Part shown: positions 32,030 to 39,793 of the stretch, in pieces | Position numbering within the stretch: the first letter of the stretch is position 1 | Layout of the letters: each line of letters opens with the position of its first letter | Source: Methanobacteriota archaeon | GTDB taxonomy: Archaea; Thermoplasmatota; Thermoplasmata; RBG-16-68-12; SOIM01 | Length of the DNA stretch: 47,504 bases | Reading direction: 5' to 3' | NCBI GenBank assembly: GCA_020345725.1 | Contig: CP070767.1 | Coordinates: 1,782,276 to 1,829,779, forward strand | The notes under the pieces: model-generated | The model's input: only the letters and a program-made list of their open reading frames with translations | What the model was told of the DNA's origin: nothing | The model's database searches: none | Program-made: the position numbers and the translations under genes

Positions 32030-32835
32030 TACTCAAGGGAAGAGGCCTCTCAAAGGGAACAGGCGAAGCTAATCTGATTGTCTCATCTGAGCCAGTCTCC
32101 TTCTTGGGTGGAGTCGATGCCAAATCTGGAAGAATCATTGACGAAAGGAGTGACGTCTTCGGAGAGAGCATTGCTGGAAAGGTCTTTGCGTTTCCATCTG
32201 GGAAAGGAAGCACGGTGGGATCGTACGTGCTGTACGGTCTGGTCATCAACGATTGCGCTCCTGTCGCAATACTGAACGAGAGAAGCGAGGTTGTTGTGAC
32301 TGTCGGAGTGATCATATCTGGTATCCCTCTGGTTGACTGTTTGGACCTCTCCTTGCTGAGAACTGGGGACATGGTGGAAGTGAACGGGGATGAAGGATCA
32401 GTGAATGTTGAGGGAGTGGAGGAAGTCCACGTTGTCACATCCTTCCTTGAGAATGAAGGTAAGATACTCCTGTTGAAGAGAAGCGAGCTTGTGGGAACGT
32501 ATCAAGGCATGTGGGCAGGTATCTCTGGGTATCTGGAGAAGGGTGATGAAGCGGTTGAGAGAGCAGTCATCGAAATCGAAGAAGAAGTGGGAATCTCGAG
32601 TCCAAGGCTTCTGAAGGAAGGAAAACCAGTGAGTTCCAGAGACGAGAACACCCTTTGGGTCGTCCATCCGTTCCTCTTTCATGTGGATTCGCCGAAGGTC
32701 AAGCTTGACTGGGAACACAAGGAACACAAGTGGATTCCACAATCACAGATTCCAGAGTTCGAGACAGTGCCGAGGCTGATAAAGGCTTTCGAGGCCGTCG
32801 TCCAAGGTTTGCGCCATGAAGATGGGGAAAGGTAA
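32026..32835 (+). CDS. Aconitase X swivel subunit (DUF126) fused to a Nudix hydrolase
   Basis: N-terminal SFLGGVD and GKGSTVGSY; C-terminal Nudix-box-like SGYLE...AVIEIEEEVG and LDWEH. Confidence 0.87.
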   Translation: MILKGRGLSKGTGEANLIVSSEPVSFLGGVDAKSGRIIDERSDVFGESIAGKVFAFPSGKGSTVGSYVLYGLVINDCAPVAILNERSEVVVTVGVIISGIPLVDCLDLSLLRTGDMVEVNGDEGSVNVEGVEEVHVVTSFLENEGKILLLKRSELVGTYQGMWAGISGYLEKGDEAVERAVIEIEEEVGISSPRLLKEGKPVSSRDENTLWVVHPFLFHVDSPKVKLDWEHKEHKWIPQSQIPEFETVPRLIKAFEAVVQGLRHEDGER

Positions 32836-32846
32836 ATCCACCTAAT

Positions 32847-32867
32847 GATGGGATAACTTTTTTATAT
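32847..32867 (+). promoter_or_regulatory. BRE/TATA promoter, copy 1 (probably leaderless)
   Basis: GATGGGATAACTTTTTTATAT; ATG begins 23 nt after its last base; 17/21 identical to 34036-34056. Confidence 0.6.
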
Positions 32868-32889
32868 AGTATTCAGATTCAATGATTGA

Positions 32890-33942
32890 ATGAAATCGGA
32901 CTACACAACTGCAGAGAAGAAGGTTCTATATGGCCTGGTCAAGCATCCAACGCTCAATGACAGGGAATTGTCTGAGGCAATCGGCGTGAAACCATCCACA
33001 ACGACTGCCATTAGGAGACGTCTCAGAAAGGCGGAAGTATTCTCTACCAAGCGAATCCCGATGGCCGATAGACTGGGCTACGAGCTACTGGGCGTATTCT
33101 GCGGTAGGATGGGGCCAGGTACAAAAGATTCCGTCAAGAAGAAGTTCTTGGAAGCTGTTCACAACATGCCCCAGATCTTCTACACAATTGTGTCCTCGGA
33201 CAGTGTATTTGCAATTGGCTATTTCAAGAACTTCAGCGAATACAGGGCCTTTGCTGACGCTGCATGGGAGCAGTTCGGAGGATCAGCCGTGATTGAACCA
33301 GGCATGTGGTCCTGGGCCATATTCAGCTTTGAGAGGTCCAAGATTGCATACTTCTTCGATTATGGACCTCCTTTGAAGTACATTTTTAACATAAAGGAGA
33401 GAATGAAGTTCATGGAGTCAGCAGAAGAGCCTTCCTCGATTAAGTTGAGCAAGAAGGAGAAGGTAGTGCTTCAAGGGTTGGTGAACCTCCCAGAGTCATC
33501 AGACAAGGAAGTGGCTGAGAGAATAGGGGCATCCAGACAGGCAGTCTCGGCCATGAGAAAGAGATTCGAGAAGATGGGTGTGATGAAGACCCTCCGGGTG
33601 GTCAACTTGGAGAAGGTGGGATATCACCTGGTTGCGCTGGCACACAATCAATTCACTCCTCCAGCAACTCTCGAAGCTAGAAGAAAAGATCTAATGAAGA
33701 TCGCAGAGATGGTCCCCCAATTCTTGAGTGTGGTCAGCAACCCCGAGAGCATTCTTATGGCGTGTGCTACGAACTACGAGATGTATCACGAGGTCAGGAA
33801 TAGGGCCCTCAAATTGTATGCTGAAAAGGGATACCTGCGAGATGAACCCATGATGATGCTTTTCCCGCTTTCGGATACCCATACCATCAAGGACTTCGAC
33901 TTTGTGGGCTTCATGGAGAGGATTGTAGGAGAAGAGGAGTAG
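32890..33942 (+). CDS. Double winged-HTH (AsnC/Lrp-like) regulator, paralog 1
   Basis: Two HTH units (NDRELSEAIGVKPSTTTAIRRRL; SDKEVAERIGASRQAVSAMRKRF), each followed by GYxL. Confidence 0.75.
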   Translation: MKSDYTTAEKKVLYGLVKHPTLNDRELSEAIGVKPSTTTAIRRRLRKAEVFSTKRIPMADRLGYELLGVFCGRMGPGTKDSVKKKFLEAVHNMPQIFYTIVSSDSVFAIGYFKNFSEYRAFADAAWEQFGGSAVIEPGMWSWAIFSFERSKIAYFFDYGPPLKYIFNIKERMKFMESAEEPSSIKLSKKEKVVLQGLVNLPESSDKEVAERIGASRQAVSAMRKRFEKMGVMKTLRVVNLEKVGYHLVALAHNQFTPPATLEARRKDLMKIAEMVPQFLSVVSNPESILMACATNYEMYHEVRNRALKLYAEKGYLRDEPMMMLFPLSDTHTIKDFDFVGFMERIVGEEE

Positions 33943-34035
33943 GTATCTGCATTCTGGGAGTCATCATTCGGAGCGATCCACATCATTTATTCATTATGGG
34001 CACCACACTAATAGAAAAAGGTGAACTGTCTCCGA

Positions 34036-34056
34036 GATGAGATAGCTTTATTACAT
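34036..34056 (+). promoter_or_regulatory. BRE/TATA promoter, copy 2
   Basis: GATGAGATAGCTTTATTACAT; same 23-nt offset to ATG as copy 1. Confidence 0.55.
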
Positions 34057-34078
34057 CGAAACATGATTCTCCGACACT

Positions 34079-35131
34079 ATGGCGTTAGATTTCACTTCCA
34101 CCGAGAAGATAGTCCTCTACGGCCTTGTGAAACATCCTACGCTCAATGACAGGCAACTGTCTGAACTAATCGGTGTGAAACCATCCACTACGACTGCCAT
34201 AAGGACACGTCTGAGGCAAAAAGATGTATTCCGCACAAAGCGGATACCAATCGCTCACAAGTTGGGATATGAACTGCTTGTGACCGTCTTTGGAAGTATG
34301 GAGCCTGGAGTGAAGGAGTCCGATAGGAAGAAGTTCTCGAAATGGATACGAGGAATCCCAGGTGTGTTCCTCTCCCTTGAATCATCGAACAGCATGTTCT
34401 TCACTGGCTACTTCAAGAACTTCAGCGAGTACAGGAGTGTTGCTGATGAAGCCTGGGAGAAGTTTGGCGAATCAACTCTATTCCAAACAGATAAGTGGTA
34501 TTGGCCCATGTTCAGCTTCGCAAGAAGCAAACTTGTGAACTTTTTTGACTACTCTTCGCCGCTGAGGTTCGCATTCAAGATAAAGGAGAAAGCAAAGGTT
34601 GAGCGAGAACGTGAGACGCTTTCCAAGGAAAGACTGACCAGAAAAGAGAGAACGGTTCTGCAGGGTCTGATCAACTATCCCGAGATATCTGACAAAGCCG
34701 TTGCCGAGAAGATAGGTGCATCCAGACAGGCCGTTGCGAGTATGAGAAAGAGATTCGAGGAAAAGGGAATCCTCCGTACAATCCGGATTGTGGACATGGA
34801 GAAGGTGGGCTATCAGATATTGGCTGTTGGAAGCATTCATTTTCAACCGAAAGCATCCCTAAATTCCAGGTGGATTGGAGTAGAGAGAACGGTGGAGACC
34901 GTTCCCATGATCCTGAATGTGGCAAGTAGTCCCGAGACAGTTGTGATGAGCTACATGAAGGACTATGAGGAATACCACGCGACCAAGAAGGAAGCATTGG
35001 AGTTCTATGCGAAGAGCGACTTCTACAGGGAGGAGCCTACCAGTTTGATATTCCCACTCTCAGATACTAAGATTACGAAAGATTTCGACTTCTCTAGATT
35101 CATGGAGAGATTCGTTCAAGAAGAAGACTAG
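34079..35131 (+). CDS. Double winged-HTH (AsnC/Lrp-like) regulator, paralog 2
   Basis: Same length (350 aa) and collinear with paralog 1. Confidence 0.75.
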   Translation: MALDFTSTEKIVLYGLVKHPTLNDRQLSELIGVKPSTTTAIRTRLRQKDVFRTKRIPIAHKLGYELLVTVFGSMEPGVKESDRKKFSKWIRGIPGVFLSLESSNSMFFTGYFKNFSEYRSVADEAWEKFGESTLFQTDKWYWPMFSFARSKLVNFFDYSSPLRFAFKIKEKAKVERERETLSKERLTRKERTVLQGLINYPEISDKAVAEKIGASRQAVASMRKRFEEKGILRTIRIVDMEKVGYQILAVGSIHFQPKASLNSRWIGVERTVETVPMILNVASSPETVVMSYMKDYEEYHATKKEALEFYAKSDFYREEPTSLIFPLSDTKITKDFDFSRFMERFVQEED

Positions 35132-38100
35132 GATAGCGTGTCGATGACAGAATCCACCTCTCTCTCCAGGAGTTTCAGTTGATTGGAGTCCAGGGTCGCG
35201 GGATTCACGTTCACTATCATCGTGGATTTGTTCATAGCAACCAAATCTCTGACGGACTGTAAAAGCCGAAGAACGATTATGAAGTTGTTGTTTGTGATCA
35301 GGTACTCCAGACCATCAAGTAGAACTACTCCACCAGTATCCGTCACGAATTTCTCCAGAGAGAGGCTGAGCTTCTCAAGATCCTTAGGTCTTACTGACTC
35401 CTCCTTCCCGATGTTGGATAACCATAGCAGGGTGGAATCGCCCATATCATGCATCTCAGTGACCTTATCTGGATATGTCCTTGTCACGCAAAGGCCTGGT
35501 CTGCCAGATTTCACCGTCGTGAGGAACATGTCGAATGCCCTCTCCGCCCTTTCTTCCTTGACCAAGTAGATGTGGGACGTTTCAAGTGCAACCTTCCCGA
35601 TCTCCTCCTCGAACGGTGGGACCTCAATCGCTTCCTCTGCTCCTACTTCGGCTTCGGAAATGGGTTCCTCTTCAGGGGCCTCCGCTTCTTCCTCGGTGAT
35701 GAAGACTGTACCGCACTGAGTACAATGAGTCGCATCTGCATTAGCTGGAGCATTGCAGAGGGGACAGACGAGTTCTTCCAGCCACTCCTCAAAGTAGACA
35801 GATATCTTCCGTGCCAGAGGAACGGTTATGCCCTCAATCTTAAGAAGCTCCTCTTCGGATGTGTTCGCCAGTGTATCCAGATCATAACCCAAGTTATTGA
35901 GCATCCTGGCTTTCTCCAGACCCAACCCGGGGATCTGCATTATCTCTTTCACCGCTTCCGAAATCTCTTCCTCTTCCTCCTTCTCAACCAGAGCAGAACC
36001 GCAACTATCGCATTCCTCAGCATCCAATGGAACCTGTGCTCCGCAACTGGGACACGCCTGCATCTCAGGCAGTAGAGAAGCACCGCAGCGATGACATTCT
36101 GTCGTTCCCATCTCGAGCTCTATCTCGCACACCGGGCACGTCATCTTCTCCTCGGCCCTCAGCTCTTCGGGCTGATCGAAGAATCTCCTAATCTTCCTGG
36201 CCTCGATCTCGTCAATCCCTTCAACTTGAACAAGCTCATCTATTGCCGCTTGCTGCAGTGAAAGTGGGCTGGCGTAACCAGCGTCAAAGAGAGACATTGC
36301 CTCCTTCTCATCTATTCCCGGAATGTTGGTGAATGCATCAATGGTCTGTTTCATGTAGAGCGGAGTGATAGCCAATCCTATGACCTCGCCTTCCACATTC
36401 CATTCCACTATGTACTCCTCAGTGAGCTCTTCCGGCACAAACTCAAAGCTCCTTGACCGAGTCTCAGTGGAAATGTAGTCCTCCCATTCCTCTAGCATCT
36501 TGGTGAGCTCCACCTTGACTTTGACCTGGGTTCTTATGAAATCCTCCACGTCCAGATCTATCTCCTTCCTCATCTGCTGGATTCTTCGCACGATTTCTCT
36601 CGAGAACCCCTCTGCCTTGATTTCTGGGGTTATTTCCATATCGATGTACAGGTCTCCTTGTTCAAAACCGATGCTAACCACATGCTCTGGGAGCCTTTCC
36701 GAGAATTCGACCATATCAGGTTCGATACGTATGACCTGGCCCTCTATGCCTATCTTGTAGACCCCTTTGTCGATGGCCTCTTTGACCTCATCGACGGGGC
36801 GACTTTCCAGCATAGTGGCAATCTTGCTCCACCACTGCTTGTAGACCCGTCCAATTGCTTCCACCTTCGGGCGGACGTTGAGGACCATACCATCCCAAGC
36901 CTCTCCAGGCCAAAGAACCTCGATCTCCTTGCTGTTCGTCTGGTCCATCAGGATTTCTTTCAGAGCCTCGACCGTCTTGGCCGTCTCTTCATCGTTAGCC
37001 TTCAAGACAATCTTCTTCACTGGCCATCGGAGCTTCATTCCCACCTTCTGCCTGGCCTTGGACACGAGCTCCACCAGTTCCTGGACGAGCGTCATTCTTT
37101 GTTCCAGTCTCTTATCTATCAATGACTCATCATAGGACGGCCAATCACACATGTGGACGGATAGCAATTCCGCGTCAAGGGATTGGTACATGGACTCCGA
37201 GATGTGGGGGGTCAGTGGAGCCAACACCTTTGCGATTGTGAGAAGCGATTCGTGCAGTGCCTTGTATGCACCGAACTTCTCTCTGGCATCGCCTTCAATC
37301 CAAGTTCTGTTGCGTATAAGCTTGATGTACCATCTGGATAGATCGTTAAGAATGAATTCTTCTACCGTTCTGCAGGCCTTGTGGATATTGAAGTCTTCAA
37401 TCTCGTTCTCGACCTTTGCCTTCAGTCCCTCTGTCTTCGAGAGCAGCCAATGATCTTCGGGTCTCATGCTTCCCGATAGTGAATCGATGGTCCAACTCGT
37501 GGGGTCGAACCCGTCCATTGCCATGTAGAGGGATCCGAACCTGTGAACATTCCAAAGGATGTTGAGTGTGCGGTTGGATGTACGGACATCCTCTTTGTTG
37601 AAATTCAGGTCTTCCCAGGGTGGATTGGTCTTCAGAAGGTAGAATCGCAGGGAATCCGCCCCGAACTCTTGAATGACATCGAAGGGGTCCACCACATTGC
37701 CGAGACTTTTTGACATGGGCTGACCCTTCAAATCTAGGATCCATCCGTGCATCAGAACGGCCTTGTAGGGAGACTCATCAAATGCAATCGTACCTGCAAC
37801 CAGAAGCGAATAGAACCAGCCTCGTGTCTGATCATGAGCCTCGGTAATCCACCTGCAAGGCCACCATTCCTTGTACTCCTTCTTCTTGGAAGGGTATTCA
37901 AGCTGGGCCCACATGCACACGCCTGAATCGAACCATACGTCCAGAACGTCGGGTGTTCTTCTCATCTCCGCACCGCATTCCTGGCAGTTGAAGGTGACAC
38001 TATCAATCCAGGGGCGGTGAAGGTCCATGTCATCGGTGTAGTTGTTCCCTTTGGAAAGGTCCTTGACCGAACCCACAATCAGTCTCTCCCCGCATTCACA

Positions 38101-39516
38101 ATCCCAGACCGGGACAGGTATGCCCCAATACCGCTGGCGTGAGATGCACCAGTCCCTGGCATTCTCTACCCAGTTCTTCTGCCTCGAGCTTCCTGCCCAA
38201 TCGGGGGTCCACTTGACCTTTTCCACTTCCTCAAGCATTATGTCCCGCACTTCAGTTGCTCTTATGAACCACTGGATTGAGGCCCGGTAGATAATTGGAG
38301 ATTTGCATCTCCAGCAGTGACCGTATCTGTGAGAGATCTTGCCATCATGAAAGAGCCACCTCTCCTTTCTAAGGTCGTCCATGATGAGACTGTTCGCTTC
38401 CCGGACGTGCTTGCCGAAATACTCTCCAGCATCTTCCGTGAAGTATCCACCTTCGTCCACGGGACAGAAGGGGGGAATCCCGTGTTCCTCGCCGACTTCG
38501 AAATCTTCCGGACCGTGTCCCGGCGCGATATGTACTACTCCTGTGTTCTCCTCGGTCACTATGTCCGAAGCAATGACTTTGTGAATCCACTCCCCCGTGA
38601 GCTGATTGTGATATGGGACCTTGGATGTCAGTGGATGGAAGTACTCCCAACCCACCAAGTCCGTTCCTTTCTTAATGTCAATTATCCTGAAATCCGTAGC
38701 ACCCACAAGAGAGGCCACCTCTTCCGCCCTATCCTTCATGAGCCAGAGGATCTCGTTCCTGTCCTCTATTGTCATCTCCACCTTAGCATACTCGAAATCC
38801 GGATGCACGGCAACAGCCATGTTCGCCGGCAAAGTCCAGGGCGTGGTTGTCCATATCAGAATGGCCTCTCCACCCCGTCCCTTCAGGAGGAACCTGACAA
38901 AGATGGAGTAGTCCTCCACATCTTCATATTCGATCTCGGCCTCAGCCAAGGCGGTCTCGCATCTGGCACACCAGGTAAGAACTCTAGTGTACTGTGTCAG
39001 AAGGTTCTTCTCATGGGCCTTCTTCAAGGTCCACCATGCCGCCTCGATGTAGCTGTTCCTTATCGTCAGGTAAGGATTGTCCCAGTCCATCCACACGCCA
39101 AGTGATGCGAACTGAGAGGTCATCCTGCCCTGGAGCTCGGAGGCAAATTCCCTGCAACTATTCACAAAGGACTCTATTCCGACCAGTTCCTCTATCTGCT
39201 TCTTATTGACAATGCTCAGCTTCTTCTCCACCTTGACCTCAATTGGGAGGCCGTGCATGTCAAAACCTGGCTGATCTCTCACGTTGAGACCTTGCATCCT
39301 CCTGTACCGGACTATCACATCCTTCAGGATTTTGTTGTAGGCAGTTCCCATGTGGATGGAGCCAGTTGTGTATGGTGGTCCGTCCACGAAGTAGTACTCC
39401 TTCCCTCTCTCTCTGTGAGATTTCGTCTTCTCATAGGCCCTTGAGAGCTTCCAAAAGTTTTGCACCTTTTTCTCCAATTCAACTGGAGAATACTCTTTCT
39501 CGGCTTGCTTTATCAT
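35128..39516 (-). CDS. ileS: Isoleucine--tRNA ligase with C-terminal HhH, zinc-ribbon and DUF835-like extension
   Basis: DGPPY..GSIHMGT, WTTTPWTLP, DWCISRQRYWG, DQTRGWF and PMSKS motifs; ATG 39516 after SD GGGGAGG. Confidence 0.95.
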   Translation of the reverse strand: MIKQAEKEYSPVELEKKVQNFWKLSRAYEKTKSHRERGKEYYFVDGPPYTTGSIHMGTAYNKILKDVIVRYRRMQGLNVRDQPGFDMHGLPIEVKVEKKLSIVNKKQIEELVGIESFVNSCREFASELQGRMTSQFASLGVWMDWDNPYLTIRNSYIEAAWWTLKKAHEKNLLTQYTRVLTWCARCETALAEAEIEYEDVEDYSIFVRFLLKGRGGEAILIWTTTPWTLPANMAVAVHPDFEYAKVEMTIEDRNEILWLMKDRAEEVASLVGATDFRIIDIKKGTDLVGWEYFHPLTSKVPYHNQLTGEWIHKVIASDIVTEENTGVVHIAPGHGPEDFEVGEEHGIPPFCPVDEGGYFTEDAGEYFGKHVREANSLIMDDLRKERWLFHDGKISHRYGHCWRCKSPIIYRASIQWFIRATEVRDIMLEEVEKVKWTPDWAGSSRQKNWVENARDWCISRQRYWGIPVPVWDCECGERLIVGSVKDLSKGNNYTDDMDLHRPWIDSVTFNCQECGAEMRRTPDVLDVWFDSGVCMWAQLEYPSKKKEYKEWWPCRWITEAHDQTRGWFYSLLVAGTIAFDESPYKAVLMHGWILDLKGQPMSKSLGNVVDPFDVIQEFGADSLRFYLLKTNPPWEDLNFNKEDVRTSNRTLNILWNVHRFGSLYMAMDGFDPTSWTIDSLSGSMRPEDHWLLSKTEGLKAKVENEIEDFNIHKACRTVEEFILNDLSRWYIKLIRNRTWIEGDAREKFGAYKALHESLLTIAKVLAPLTPHISESMYQSLDAELLSVHMCDWPSYDESLIDKRLEQRMTLVQELVELVSKARQKVGMKLRWPVKKIVLKANDEETAKTVEALKEILMDQTNSKEIEVLWPGEAWDGMVLNVRPKVEAIGRVYKQWWSKIATMLESRPVDEVKEAIDKGVYKIGIEGQVIRIEPDMVEFSERLPEHVVSIGFEQGDLYIDMEITPEIKAEGFSREIVRRIQQMRKEIDLDVEDFIRTQVKVKVELTKMLEEWEDYISTETRSRSFEFVPEELTEEYIVEWNVEGEVIGLAITPLYMKQTIDAFTNIPGIDEKEAMSLFDAGYASPLSLQQAAIDELVQVEGIDEIEARKIRRFFDQPEELRAEEKMTCPVCEIELEMGTTECHRCGASLLPEMQACPSCGAQVPLDAEECDSCGSALVEKEEEEEISEAVKEIMQIPGLGLEKARMLNNLGYDLDTLANTSEEELLKIEGITVPLARKISVYFEEWLEELVCPLCNAPANADATHCTQCGTVFITEEEAEAPEEEPISEAEVGAEEAIEVPPFEEEIGKVALETSHIYLVKEERAERAFDMFLTTVKSGRPGLCVTRTYPDKVTEMHDMGDSTLLWLSNIGKEESVRPKDLEKLSLSLEKFVTDTGGVVLLDGLEYLITNNNFIIVLRLLQSVRDLVAMNKSTMIVNVNPATLDSNQLKLLEREVDSVIDTLS

Positions 39517-39612
39517 CGCAATCCTCCCCCTGGAGGTAAACCGGTGAGCCGCGAATTTGTCATCATCGCAACCCAGAGGTAGGACAGCGGTATGCTCAAT
39601 TTGACTTAAAAA
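39517..39612 (-). promoter_or_regulatory. ileS promoter and structured 5' leader
   Basis: TATA-like TTTTTAAG (39612-39605); stem 39584-39573/39533-39522 covers the SD; inner hairpin 39572-39548. Confidence 0.55.
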
Positions 39613-39630
39613 TCTTTCCGACGATAGGAG

Positions 39631-39735
39631 GGCCGGGACCGAGAATTCCAACGTCATGGTGCGCCCAAGACGATTTTGAACTCGGGTCAAGGGATCCACA
39701 GTCCCTGAGGATAACCCAGCTACCCCACCCCGGCC
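39631..39735 (-). tRNA. tRNA-His(GUG) with encoded G-1 and a 30-nt intron at 59/60 (39645-39674)
   Basis: Acceptor GCCGGGG/TCCCGGC, discriminator C, anticodon arm AGGGA-CTGTGGA-TCCCT, T-stem CCGAG/CTCGG; removing the intron restores the TTCAAAT loop; TTTATC box ~25 nt upstream. Confidence 0.92.
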
Positions 39736-39793
39736 GCGGGACAAATAACCCCTTCATGGATAAAGAGTTTTTCTCAGAATGAAAGAGAGGAAT

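Noticed and set aside
39555..39570. C/D box sRNA suggested by AUGAUGA
   Set aside because: No downstream CUGA D box before the ileS start
39517..39744. 76-aa N-terminal extension of IleRS in the ORF track
   Set aside because: It overlaps tRNA-His and the ileS promoter; the SD supports ATG 39516
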